Both the position numbers and the translations under genes were made by a program. The notes under the pieces are model-generated. The model ran no database searches. It had not been told where the DNA came from and was given only the letters and a program-made list of their open reading frames with translations. A DNA stretch of 64,000 nucleotides from Bigelowiella natans CCMP2755. Lineage: Eukaryota; Protista; Cercozoa. Location: the NCBI GenBank assembly GCA_000320545.1, contig ADNK01003366.1, positions 1 through 64,000 of the forward strand, in the 5' to 3' direction. This document shows positions 40,368-53,741 of this stretch, piece after piece. The stretch's first letter is position 1; every line of letters starts with the position of its first letter.

Positions 40368-41316
40368 TGATTCATTGATGGAATCACGATCTTCACCATG
40401 AAACATCTAACGTGTATTATTATTATTGGGCCATTTTTTAATGATTAATTATTTATTGTTGGTGTGCCTTCTCTGCTGTCAGGAGATGGATATGCTCGCA
40501 TACAGATGATCGAAGAAAGGACGAAGAAGCAGATACTAAACACCCCTGTAGTAGTAGTAGTAGTAGTAGTGCTGCCACCTCTCTTTGTCATGATATATGA
40601 TCATCATGATCATCATCATCATCATCATCATCAAATTGTTAGGAGTGTGTGTTGTCATCATCATTTTGGTTGGAAAAGGGGGTTTTTGGTTAGATCTTCC
40701 GACTAAATACTAAGACGATGATGACGACTTGTTCGTCTGCCTTGTGAGCATCTTGTTGTTGTTGTTGTTGTTGTAGTAGTAGTAGTAGTAGTAGTATTTT
40801 GAATAAGATTGCCTTCTTGTTTGATTAGCTTCACGGGAAGTTTGATGTCCTCCCCACTGCAAACGGCGAAGGTAGAAGTGCAATCAAGTATTAGGTGGTG
40901 GTGGTGGTGGTGGTGGTGGTGGTGGTGGCGCAACATGTCATTCATGTCGTCATGATGATTCCTTAGTGAATTGTTCATCATTATTATCATCATCAACATC
41001 ATCATCATCATCATCATATAACGCACACAGAGTATGAAACGATGATGATAAGATGATGACATATATCTGCTTGCTATCATTTGTCTGTTTGCTGTGTTTT
41101 AGGCGCGGTGTTCACCGCACCCAACTTTGAGAAACCCCTACCGTAATAATATTTATATAGAAATATCTTTATATTATATATATTTATGCATGAATTATAG
41201 CTCTCTACTACTACTACTACTACTACTACTACCACTACCACTACTTAGTGCTATCTTCCTTGTCGCTGCTTTAATATGCGTAATACGTGATTCGTTAATA
41301 TTCAAATGATCATAAA

Positions 41317-41349
<33 letters not shown>

Positions 41350-41594
41350 AACAAAACATTGAAATGGATTTCGAGATATAGTACAACTACTCCTACTTAC
41401 GTGTTTAACCCCTCCCTCCTCCTCCTCCTCCTACTACTATTCCATCCACAGGGAGGCGATCAAGGACATGGACACTAAAGTAGTATCAATTATAAATAAT
41501 AATAATTCCTCTTTTCATGGATGATGATGATAGCTGTAGAAACAAAAGAGGGAGAGAGAAGGGGAGGATCAAGTGTATATCCAATTTTGTCAAA

Positions 41595-41649
<55 letters not shown>

Positions 41650-41743
41650 GCAAATCGTATGGGATTATTCTTCTTCTTGTTATTGTTACCATGATGATTA
41701 TTATAATCTATGATTCTTGGTCTCCTCCTCCTCCTCTCACCAA

Positions 41744-41776
<33 letters not shown>

Positions 41777-42396
41777 CGCCTACATACATACATACATGAA
41801 TCACCACCACCATTTCTTCCTCCTCCTCCTCCTCCTCCTCCTCCTCTGTAGACTGCTGATACTTGGGCATTATCTCTCAAGGATAAGGGTTGTTCTACTA
41901 CTACTACTAGTAGTAGTAGTAGTTGTAGTAGTTTGCAGCATAAGCATGTGTCATGATGATCATGATCATGGAACTACTTCTTAGTAATTCAAGATGTACT
42001 AAATGTAAGAACAATGTATTTATTTCTATGGTATATCAACCGATGCTACTACAACTAGCTGATATTCTTCTTCTTCTTTCTCTCTCTCTCTCTCATTTCT
42101 ATCGATTATCTCCTCAGGGCTGGTCAAAAAACTTAGCCACTCGATCATGAAGACAAAAGAAATCCTAAATCTTGAAGAGGTGAATAAATGAATGAATGGA
42201 GACGACAGGGGTTTATTCTATGGAAGAAGGACAAGGACATGATCAGATCAATCAAATAATCATAACGAAGCTTCTAATAATGCACCAACTCGTATTACTA
42301 AATATTTGCTGATATGTATCATCCTTTCAATCTTGTGTTCTTTTGCACGTGTTTTAGGATGATGGTGGCGTTGTAAAGCATAGCTTTCAGAAGTAG
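37113..42396 (+). CDS. RanBP1-domain protein (Nup50/RanBP3/Yrb2-like) with N-terminal signal-like leader
   Basis: KRSA..PPAKKIR NLS-like segment and GLFSW/PLFG motifs. RanBD exons: ETIVWEANGELFRLNQ|EQTKWLKRGRGPFSIHQ|GDGYARIQMIEERTKKQILNTP..TWALSLKDKGLVKKL. Start could be 37113 or 37209. Confidence 0.75.
37639..38055. repeat. Intronic minisatellite of about 4 units: (TG)n plus CCTGCACATGCAACAGGGTGACGATCAAGTG
   Basis: The core occurs four times, separated by variable (TG/CG)n tracts. Confidence 0.9.
38650..38845. repeat. Intronic tandem duplication (2 copies, about 80 nt core plus (GAT)n)
   Basis: atatataacgatgatacgcatattgc..caataaatacgatgcaa..cgtactacatagaaaagat occurs twice. Confidence 0.9.
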
Positions 42397-43466
42397 AAAT
42401 GAGGATTAGCCATTCGATAGTAGCACGTAGTTTTGCATGACAAAGTCATTACGGTGTACGTCGTAGAATTATGCGTTTGTAATCACGTAGTACTGGCCAG
42501 TATGATGTCTCATATGATGATGACGCATAGCAAAGATATGTACATGCACACTTATTGCAAGTTTACGCTGACAGCCATGATAGTGGCAGTCGATATACGA
42601 TTTTCGACCCATATTATTATTAATTGTGGTACAACAACGTGGTAGCTACGTACAGCAGCAGTAATATATAGCGTCATGCAGCTGCAGTGCTACAACAATA
42701 TCTAAATATCTCTATAATAACAACGCACCCAACGTTATTTGTGTGTCTAGTGGCACGCAGCTGCTGATATATGATGATTCATTCTTTCATATGATGATGA
42801 AAGCGCAGCGCTTGTTTTTACGCATCATGATTACTCGTACTTGCATGTAGGCCTGTGCTGGCTCTTGTTATTATAAGTCCGCTATTAAGTGGCTGCTGCT
42901 GCTCGTTGCACATGGTACTCTTGTTGTACATGTACACATATGCATATACAAAACAATACACATGGTAGATGCAAAACTAGGATGATGATAGGCTGTGGTA
43001 ATACGTAGCACATAGTACACAATCACACACTGAATATATATCTAGATTCGCATTCTTGATGTAAGCAATGTGTAGTAGCCCAAGTATACATACGGACTAA
43101 CAAGCATTTCTCTCATGATGGTTATGATGTAGCTTTACTGCAAAGCATCATATTTTCCTTCAGGATCATCCCAATACCCAGACCTATGGAGGTGAAGGAG
43201 CAACAATACGATAAAATACAATCATTCACCACGGATGTAGATGTTGTAGTAAACAATCGTAATGGTAATGTTTGAATGGTGACGTTACTTGATGATATTT
43301 GAAGGTAAATAATTAAATATTACTTATGACTATGGTGTATAGTCTATAAATATTTTATTGCATTTATGTAGTAAAAAGCACTACTACTATCTACAACTAC
43401 TACAGTTACAATCTTTAATCCATCACTTACTATTATATCCTTATTTTACTCCTACTGCTACTGCTA

Positions 43467-45156
43467 CTACTTTTCTCGGTCATCAGGGCCTTGGCCAACC
43501 TTGAAGGCATAATACCTGCAGATGAAGATGATAATAAATAGGAATTGCATATGAATTTCAACTATCAACAAATATAATGAAATTATTATGATGATTCTTT
43601 AGCATCATTGTTGTTGTTGTTGTTGTCCTTACACGGATAGCAGTAAGGCAGCCCATGTTGCGAAGAATCCATTGCTCTATTATTATTGTTATTATTATAA
43701 TAAATAAACACCGCAATAACACACACACACACACACAATCATAATAAGTATACCATATCGACGATGGTAAAGCATGAGCGTGTATTGTGGTCTTTCCTCC
43801 TGTATGTCTACTATCTGTGTTATCATCTTATGATGATGATGATGATGATGATGAATATATAGTTATATATAACCAACCGCAGCAGGAAAAGGTGCCTCAA
43901 AGGTAAGCATTCCTGTACCGACTATCCACCTATAATACAACAACAACAACAACAACAACAACACATAATGTAATAATAATAGATCGTCATCATTATGATC
44001 ATCATAACAATGATGACCATCACGAAAAACAACTGCCAGAATGAAGGGAAATAGAACATAATGTGTGTGCACTTAGATTAACTTCTTATCAAGCACCAGC
44101 AGTGATAACAACAACAATAACAACAACACCACTTGAGCATTACCAAACTGCAAGAAAGAAACCAACAAAACGGCCAAATCCAGCAAGTATCTGATGAGAT
44201 AAGAAAGATGAGAAAGATGATATGATAGAGTGTAAGAATACATAGTAGAGTACTAGTAAGGGGAATGAATAACAATAAGAGAGGTGGGCCTTATACCACA
44301 AAGCACACACACACAGCTGTAGGTTGCGTTTGAAGATGATGGCGATTGAAGAATAAAGCAAGTAAGATGACCAACAATGATGATTACTACAACTACTACT
44401 TAAACAACAACAACATGTGATGATCTATCTGCCGTGATGTGATATCATAATTGTACATACATCAGGATATGTGAGGAAGCTGAGAGTGACGCCAACAGAT
44501 ACAAATCCGATTGTGATTGCCCATGAGCTTTCGGACATGCACCTATGATGATGATCATGATAAAAGTTGTAGCAAATTTATTCATTATTAACTGCTGCTG
44601 CACAGACAAGTAGAATTTATTGAATACTCGTCTAATCCAAAACAAGCCTTTGGTACATATATGTACATATATATATATATATATATATATAGTATAAATA
44701 TTAGCTATTAACAAACAAATAATGTGAAGAACCATTACAATTAATTTGGTACTGTGTTTGTTGTATATCTGTTTTTTTTCTTGTTGTTCTTCTTCCATCT
44801 TCATCATCTTATCGATCATCATCATCATATCACGTACGTTCCTCTGTGCATACAATCGACGACTGCTGCCATAAGCTCTATCCCCTTTACATTAATATTA
44901 TTATTATGGTTATTATTATTATCAAAACAACAAATGGTTACATCATAACAATTCAATAATAGTATACGACAGCACCAAATTACCATTCGTGACATATTGT
45001 AGTCTACTGTACTAGCTGCTTCCTCCTCCTCCTCCTCCTCCTCCTCCTCATCATCATCACTATCACTATCATCATCATCATCATTTGTACCGAAGAAGTA
45101 AATATTGCAAGAACCAGTCTCTCGTCAAGAGAGCTGAATCGGACCTTTAAAAGCAT

Positions 45157-45192
<36 letters not shown>

Positions 45193-45793
45193 TCGAGAAG
45201 AACAATATCATCATGATGTCGAGAAGAACAATATGATGATGATGTCGAGAAGAACAATATCATCATCATCATTATCATCATCATCATCATATGCTTATTA
45301 ATTTTGAAAGTAAATCGATGGAGGGAGAGGTGAGGTAATGATCTCTGAGAAACGTGTAGTGTGTGATAGTATTGCTATTACTTCTTCTTCAAGAAGTAGT
45401 AGCATTGTGTTTGATGGGGACCATGAAGAACAAGGAAAGGTAATCATAATACAGACAATATATGCATATATGTGATATTTATGTACGTCGATGATGATGA
45501 TGGTGAGATCCCCATTGGTAGTCGTCAGGTCACATATCAGTAGTACGTTGTTACTACTACAAAAAGAAGCAGCAGCAGTACTACTACCCACCTGGTCTAA
45601 GAATGCCTGGAATTTAGGAACAGCGTGATAACCAAAATGAGCAGAAACTAGCAATCCACCCCAACAGGAGAAGTAGCCATTCCCAGGTGTCTAATAATAT
45701 TTCGTATTATTCTTGTGTTTGAGTAGTCATTGATGATGGTGATGATGAAGAAGAAGATACTACTAACTACAGTGCTAACTGAAAGCAGATGGC

Positions 45794-45829
<36 letters not shown>

Positions 45830-46143
45830 TGGAGAATAAATGAGGGTGAAAGAGCAGTTGAAGACGATATGAGTGGAGAGAGTAGCAGTAGTAGTGGTGT
45901 TTGAATAACTACCATTACAATTACTTATACTGCTAATACTACTAGTGCTACCGCAAAAGGCTCTTCAAAAGTAAGCAGCAATGTAGCAGCCCAATAAAGA
46001 ACAAATAATCCAATTCCTTTTCATATTATTCGCACCACTCGTTACTTGTCTTTGAAATGATGATTGAACGATGACGATTACATGATTTATGCTGTTGGTT
46101 TGATATTCAGATTCCAAAATCAATCATTAAAATCGTTCAATGT

Positions 46144-46185
<42 letters not shown>

Positions 46186-46860
46186 ACATATATTCAGTGT
46201 TGTATGTACGAATGAGGATATAATCAGTCGGGATGATTCTTAGATAAATGTACGTGATGATGATAATGATGATGATATAATAAATAAATATTTGAATAAA
46301 ACAGCTAGTAAGTAATAGTACCAACTACAGTCTTCGCTTCTTGGATTTTAAAACCAAACCTAATACAATAATGTAACAAATGTAAGTTAACAACTCAATC
46401 ATGCACACACACACGTACAGAGGCAGCAGCAGAATAACTAGAAGAAGAAGAAGACAGAAGAAGAAAGAAGAAGAAGAATAATGAGAAGAAATTGTGTGTG
46501 TTTGTGTGTGTGTGATCATCTGTACAACTTATATTCGAGCTTTACACTCTTATAGTTGGTTAATAGATAGGCATTCTAATCTGCAAGAGCTAATAATCAA
46601 CGATGATGATAATTCACTTAACGATGATGATGATAATTGCAGCAAAAACAACAACGATAGACACGTTCCTATACCTTCAACAATAGCAACATTCATTGCT
46701 GCTGCTACTACTAATACTACTACTCTTTCTCTTCCCCCCACTCCCTAATGACTGACTGACGACTTGATTGCATCTTCAACAACACATATATTATCTATCA
46801 TCACCACCGTTGTGCGGCAAGAAAAATTAGAGGTCCAACCTGTGATATGCAAATGCAGAT

Positions 46861-46893
<33 letters not shown>

Positions 46894-48170
46894 TCATTGA
46901 TAGTTGTTGACCCAAGACTGTATGATATTTGTTGTTATTGTTTGTTGTTGTTGTTGTTGTTGTAGTAGTAGTGAGCAGTCAGTAGTAGTGTATTATACCA
47001 GGCCAAAACCTCCGACCCACACCGCTGTTTGGTACTAATTGATGAAGGTGGAGAAGGAGTAAAAGAAAGAAAGAAACAACAACAACAACAATTAAACCAG
47101 TTTATTTGTAAATATGCTCGTGAGAACATTCAGTATTATTAGACTGCAAGACTTGGTAGTTTTCTATTTTTTATATTTGTACGTCACGACACACCTCCTT
47201 TGCGCAGTAGCCTCGTGCATCACACAGCTTAGAGGATGCTAAAAAATGTTGCTTAGAACATGATGATTGATTGCATTTAAGACAAATTAGTGAATAGTAA
47301 TACCTGTGAGCTCTATGAGCGCAACGAAGAGTAGTAGCAATGCATCCATGTACAAAGTACCTGTGCGGAAGAAGAAGGTCACAATCATTCAACATCGTTG
47401 TTTAATGACAGCTTGTTTTATTTTAGTACTCTGGCTCTCTTCAGCCGAAATTTGGTAGCGTTTTCCTCCTCCTCCTCCGCGCTTGATTCCTCCGTTCTTT
47501 CGATACGATCAACAGATTAGATTATTCAAACAATATGGTATCGATGATACTTCTGGCGCATCGCAAAAAATCCATGATGATCATAATCGTGATGATGTTG
47601 TTTATGGGTGTTGTCGTCGTATGTTGGCAGGTTTATTAATACCTTCTCAACATAAGCTACACCCGCATCTTCGTGCTCTGTTCCATCACTGCTTACACCA
47701 GAGAGGTCAATCCTTCGTATCGTTGGCTGTTTATTGCAACAAATAGTGACGATCAGGCGTGAATAATATCAGATATGAACATTGCTGCGTGCTGTAAGTC
47801 AGGAGATGTAGCAGACAGCACAGCACAACACAGCACAGCACAGCACAGCACAGCATCTTCATTTTCAATGGAGATTATTATCGCATCAGAATAACAAAAG
47901 GCTGAGTAGTAGGAATTAGGGAATGATGTTATTCAACCTCCTCCTTTCCATTGTGGTAATCGTTAGTCTCAGCCATTGTTGTGGGGGTTGCGGGGCAGGC
48001 GTTTGTATGTGGGGGGGATCCAGCAGTAGTCCGTCGTACGTACTCCTCAGAGACAACAAGGGGTACTACTACTTCGTATGTAATAAATAATACTCCGTGG
48101 GATCGGATTGGATTATGATTGGATTGACAACAATAACAACAACAACAGCAAATAACCACAACAAATAACC

Positions 48171-48228
<58 letters not shown>

Positions 48229-48878
48229 ATAACCACAACAAATAACCACAACAACAACAACAACAAACAACAACAACAACAACAACAAACAACAACAACA
48301 AACAACTGTTGTTACCAGGAGAGAGGAGGAGAAACTAATAAGTGAGAAACACTTCGGTGTAACAACATAGCTGGGAAGTCAAGGACGCGAACAGAATAAC
48401 TAACTAACTAACTAGAATGATCAACATCCACTATGAAAATCACTTCGGTGTAACAACATAGCTGGGAAGTCAAGGGCTAACTAACTACATGTAACTAACT
48501 AACTAAACTAATCCCCGGTAGTAACGGATGGAATACTGCTACTACATGTACTACTACATGTGTACTACTGCAGAGAGAAAGAGAAAGAGAGAGTGCTCAC
48601 ATATCATCATCATCGTCTTTATTATCATCACCACCACCTTCACCTCCTTGTCATAGTACTAGTTGTAATAGTAACTGCTGGAGGGGGTAATCATAATAAC
48701 AATAATAGTAATAATAACAACAACAATAATAGAGAAGTGGATCACAGCCATCGTCCTGCGTAACTTTCAACCTCTCACAGGCAAACATGGGTAACTCTGC
48801 TCCTTCCACCGGGAAAGTAAAAATCTCTTCTTCGTGCTTCCCAAATGCAATCGTTCTATTATTCTTCGATATCGACAT
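43467..48878 (-). CDS. Uncharacterised multipass membrane protein with two internal repeats ending in TF..PF...(G/S)NG(Y/F)F..W
   Basis: Repeat 1: [27 protein letters not shown]|[27 protein letters not shown]|[10 protein letters not shown]. Repeat 2: [25 protein letters not shown]|SNGFFATW. Linkage of the 5' exons (47.7-48.9 kb) is uncertain. Confidence 0.7.
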
Positions 48879-49082
48879 GATTGAACCTGGTTTGGGTTCA
48901 TATGCAGGCCTCCTCCTCTTCTTCCTCTTCGAAAAATGTGCGTAAACTCCCAGGACAGGTATTGACGTAATAATGTAGCTGTAGAAAAACCATCATCCTT
49001 AATTTGTTCCGGATACGATGTTATCAGGTCACAAGGGTCGAGTACTGGACTGCACCCTATTCATATAAATCCGGAAAGTGAT

Positions 49083-49952
49083 GTGCTTTTATATTGCTCT
49101 CTTATTTCCTCTAAATGTAGTCGACAATTCCTGACATCGATCATCATCAGTTTTGCTCCAGAGGAAACTACATTGGCTGTATATGATAAGAAGGTTGTCA
49201 AAATGTCAACTTTCTTATTTTTTAAGGAATATAATCGTATCTATTCATCGAATACTTCATGCTCTTATTGTTTTCCTCAGGAATTATTGGGGACAAAACA
49301 TCGTTCGTTCCTTCTTGTAGCAAACAACAAGGAACAATATTTCACGGTGAGAGAGAGAAGAGGGATAAGCAAGGGCAACAAATACATTATATGGATACAG
49401 TCCTCAGTGATACGATTACGTGCATCAGTTCATAAATAATGTCGCAACTCACATTAAATATACCACAAAAGGTTGGATTCTTAAACGGTGCAATAGATTT
49501 TAAAGAGCTGTCTCGAACCGATCGCATACAATTGAGAATTAAAAAAACCGAAGGATATCAGGTACAAATCTATACATGTCCCTTGCTCCCCAAAAGTAAT
49601 AATAGTTTCTCATTGAAACGACTAGGTTATCCGAGTTGTGACTGGAGCCCAGCACATTAAACCTTACCTTACCACAGATCAAGTATTAGGTAGTATTTCT
49701 TGGATTACATATCAATGCTAGTTAGATTTTCGTAATTTGCAGTGAGTAATTTCAATTACTACCTTGACTATCTTTTTTAATTGTCCGATAAATTGTATGA
49801 TAGGATGGGCAAAGCAAATTGAGAGATCTGGATTCGAATCGAAAGGGGGGACGAAATCAGACAAGAAAAGAGTTGATGTGCATTCATTTGCATTGATACT
49901 GTTCAATAGGATAGGTAGAATGTATTGCACAGATCGTATTTGCAAGCAATAA
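49083..49952 (+). CDS. Possible compact multi-exon gene of unknown function
   Basis: Exon-like blocks flanked by AG/GT (FAPEETTLAVYDKK; VGFLNGAIDFKELSRTDRIQLRIKKTEGYQ; GWAKQIERSGFESKGG). The full frame was not resolved. Confidence 0.3.
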
Positions 49953-50369
49953 ATATTGATTTATTTGTTCAGTTCTGACCAACGATAAGCATTTGACAAA
50001 ATACAAGAAAAGCCTTTTTGGGTGACACCCCGCAGTAATGATGCCAGTCAGTCGAGCAGAATCATGTACGTATGACGCTTTCATGTTATATCTCACCGTA
50101 GCGAATACACATAGCATTACATGCACACAAGTATGTGTTCACTGTTCACACACGTACACATGTACACATATGTGTACGCATGGCAACAATGTTTGTTTGT
50201 TCTAGTATTTGGAGTCTTTGAGTGATCATGTGCGTTGTGTGTGTGGGCATTCAAACCACCACACTCAACGATGAACAGGTTGACTATGTCGTCAACGTGG
50301 CGATGAAGGGCCGCAACGTATCCAAATCCACAAAATGATTGGCAATCATGAATTGAAATAATTGCAACC

Positions 50370-50465
50370 GCCATGCAGCTGGTGCGAGCGCTCATGTTTT
50401 AAGCTCATCGTCTTGCCATGCAGCTGGTGCGAGCGCTCATGTTTTAAGCTCATCGTCTTGCCATG
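50370..50465. repeat. Perfect 45-bp tandem duplication
   Basis: gccatgcagctggtgcgagcgctcatgttttaagctcatcgtctt occurs twice, followed by gccatg. Confidence 0.95.
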
Positions 50466-51633
50466 GTTAGATGGGTTGCATCAGACAGCCGGGCTAAGCT
50501 GCTAAGCGTGAAGACACAACCTCTCTGGAATTCAACGCAAAACGATCATCGTTGATATCTAGATATGTTCACGAGCATTACTACTGACTAGAGTGACGCA
50601 CTGTGCATCATTTTCCCCATTTGCTCAATGGAAGTTTATAGAACAACTGCTAGGTCGCTGCAAAGTGATGAATGATGATTTCAATGAGCCCTAGAGCCAC
50701 ACAATGGACACGTACTGCGCGTGCATGACGATGTGCTAGCATGCACATGCAATGCTAGAATGCAGCACGCGCAACTAGGCAATCTAGCAATGATCGATGC
50801 GATGTGTCGATCCATGTGAGCATGGCTAGATGGTCTGCACGTTCTAGCGTTGTGCACACTTGTTGCGCACTGCGGCACACTGTGCTAGTGTGGTTCACAT
50901 TGTGGATCCGACACGCATGACGCGCATGGTCGCAGCTCCGACGGGTCTAGAGATGATGCTCTGTGGCCCTCATTTTGGCTAAAAGTACAAAAGAAGACTG
51001 ACATGTCATGAAGGTGCACAGAAGGCAGAGGTACGCTCTACAGCCCTTTTGGCTACACAACGCAGCCAGCAAACGCATGCATGAGCAGATGCTCGCGTCA
51101 TGCGGTGACAGTGCTCTGTGCTAGCTATATTGACAACTTTTTCAGCCCTCTGGTCTAGATGATGGTGCGAACGGTTGTATTGTGGTTGCGTGGCTACGTA
51201 CTCGATGCAGTGCATCTGCTTGCATTGCAGCGACTGCTGATCTCTTGCATTGCATGACTGCTGACTCACTCATGCTAGCATGCCACAATGGCATCCGCAC
51301 AAACACACAAGCCGAACGCACGGCTGCATTGCAGCATCATGACGCACGTCTAGCTAGACGTGCGTTTCTGTGTGCTGCTGTGACACTGGTCTGTCGGCCT
51401 GTTCTAGTGATGATAATTATAGCACAGAAGTCGTGATTCATCACTAGCCATTTCAAATGTTCCTCAGAGCACACGGAGCCAGTCATGATCCGGAATAGTG
51501 TGACAACAGAATCATCCACAAACCTCTGTGTGACATCGTCTTTGTTAGAAAATGAGCATGAGTCATGTCTGTCCTTTCGATGGATCTGGATTCCAAACGT
51601 CAGAATGGTACTAGTTTCCACATAGGGTTAGAC

Positions 51634-52359
51634 TTAAGTCATCTCATTTGTCGATTGCATTCGCTTTCGTGGTCCCTCTCCCTTCTCATTTTTATCTGAC
51701 AAGTGTTCGGTAATTTTGTTCAACACGAAAGAGACAGTCTGCTCCCGATTCATTTTGTCAGTGTCAACTATCACAATATTTTCATCATTATTCGTAGCCT
51801 CTTTTCCATCGCTTTCAGTCCATTTTCTACGGAGCTCATGCATATTTTCTCTTGAAAGCGGTTCAAGCTTCCTCTTTACTCTGCGCTCTACGTTTCTAAG
51901 ATACGCAATTTCTTCACTCACTGTGAACCGGAACTCTAGGACACGGAATCCATGACTTTCTGGAACCTAAATTAAAAATTATACGTAAAATTTCTCTTCA
52001 TCAAGATGTTTATTTGGTAGTGAAGGTGCATTTCAGTTGACCTCTTTCATGTAGTTCCTGAGACATTTCTCGCTAATTTCTTCGACCAAAAGGCCACAGA
52101 CATCGCTATCGCAGACGCTGTGGTCTGCCAAAGCTCCGACCCACCGTTTACCGTTCTCCCTGCGTTTGGCATCACCAAGTTTTCGGAACATATTTTTCAC
52201 CATGACGTGGTCAATAAATACAAATCCAGGCAATGTCTGCTTGTCGCTCTGCTGGAGAGTTTTGAAGCAAGTACTTTTGCCTGAACACATATGTCCGCGG
52301 AAGATCACAAGAATTCGTGGCATTGGAGACGTCGTCACGTGCTGCCGTTTCCTCTTCAT
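51634..52359 (-). CDS. Small P-loop NTPase/kinase (AAA_33-like nucleotide or small-molecule kinase)
   Basis: LVIFRGHMCSGKST Walker A, FVFIDH, and a lid-like AYLRNVERR. One intron at about 51968-52041. Confidence 0.75.
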
Positions 52360-52405
52360 TCCTGGGCGTTTCGGCAGACTCCGTAATGATGTCCTCAAAA
52401 TGTTT

Positions 52406-52613
52406 GAGGTGCAGAGTGATGTTCTTCCTGAATCTGGTAGTAGGCTAGAGTGTACCCATCGTCGAGCTGCTCATCATTGAAAATGAGACAGTGCTTGCCA
52501 GAAGAAAACAAATTACAACGGTGAATCTTCTGCTTCACAACAGTTATTTAATCCCTGGAGTTGGTGTTCAGGACTGTCGTCTTGCCAGTGCAAAGCTTGA
52601 CAAAGATCTGCAT
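52406..52613 (-). pseudogene. Ubiquitin-like domain with in-frame stop and frameshift
   Basis: MQIFVKLCTGKTTVLNTNSRD*ITVVKQKIHRCNLFSSGKHCLIFNDEQLDDGYTLAYYQIQEE/(shift)ITLHL is colinear with ubiquitin. It is absent from the ORF track. Confidence 0.8.
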
Positions 52614-53054
52614 GGGTTGGATTACCATAAAGATGAAAACCACACACAAAACGTCAATGAGCGGCCACAGAATTCACACATTCGTCACAAAAATTGTTCG
52701 CATGCAACGCATCAACACACGAACATCTTGGTCGATGTCCCATCATGGGTTATCGAGCTTTTCATGCCTTAAAAGTCTTCCGACTCCACCGTCCTTCCGA
52801 TACCTGTGCTGCTCATCATCATAATTATCAGAGATCCTCAGGAGATCAATCAATCGATTGGCATTTGGTTCATTGTTTTCAGAGAATCTCAGGAGATCAT
52901 CAATCAATCAATCGATCAATCACTGCTGCTCCTGCTGTGGGTTCCGATACCAGAAGCGTGTGGGTTCCGAATGTGCAGAGGATCATCATCCGAGCATGGA
53001 TCGATTTCATGATCATCGACGTGCCTGACCAGGTCAAGCGACTCTCATTGTTAT

Positions 53055-53117
<63 letters not shown>

Positions 53118-53386
53118 ACACAAGAATCTAATCACCAGTCTTTGGTCGTCAATGTGTTGTGTGCACAATATGCATATTGCAGTAGCTTGGTTTGTTTAAT
53201 CGATCTAATATACACACATATTTTAGACACCCCACACCATCGCATGTATACAGCTGAATGAGCTCGACAAAAAATATAACTACTAGCATCATGTCAGGTA
53301 TAATATGAGCCGGAAATCTGGTAATGAGTCATCATCGACAGTATATGCTCCTGCTGCTCCTCCTGCTCCTACCGTCTGCTGCCAAG

Positions 53387-53418
<32 letters not shown>

Positions 53419-53477
53419 ATGATGTTGCTACTCCTGCTCTTTCCTGCAGTATATATCATGTAAACCAGCTTCTTCTT

Positions 53478-53511
<34 letters not shown>

Positions 53512-53741
53512 GATATTTTCACTTGTATTTTCTTTTACATTGTTGCAATCACACATACAGTAGTAGTAGTAGTAGCAGCAGTAGTAATAATCAGGATCCA
53601 ACCGTGGTGGTGGTGGTGGTGGTGGTGGTGTGGATAGTAGCAGTAGTAGTAGCGGTAATAATCAGGATCCAACCGTGGTGGTGTGGGTTGTAAACAAGGC
53701 GAAGGAAGAGGAAAAGAAGAAGAGGTGGAGGAGGAGCATTA

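Noticed and set aside
46500-47260. METTL21-like methyltransferase reading (GVGRRFWP)
   Set aside because: Another frame splices cleanly into the membrane-protein repeat ([11 protein letters not shown]|YQTAVWVGG), and no SAM-binding motif follows.
50641-51412. Helitron 3' ends as the explanation for CTAG
   Set aside because: CTAG sites are too dense, they also occur within a host-like gene in the 14-kb island, and no Rep/helicase ORF is visible.
52548-52550. In-frame TAA in the Ubl as a sign of stop-codon reassignment
   Set aside because: TAA, TAG and TGA all terminate conserved genes here (RING, PSMB2, ASCC2), and the Ubl also has a frameshift.
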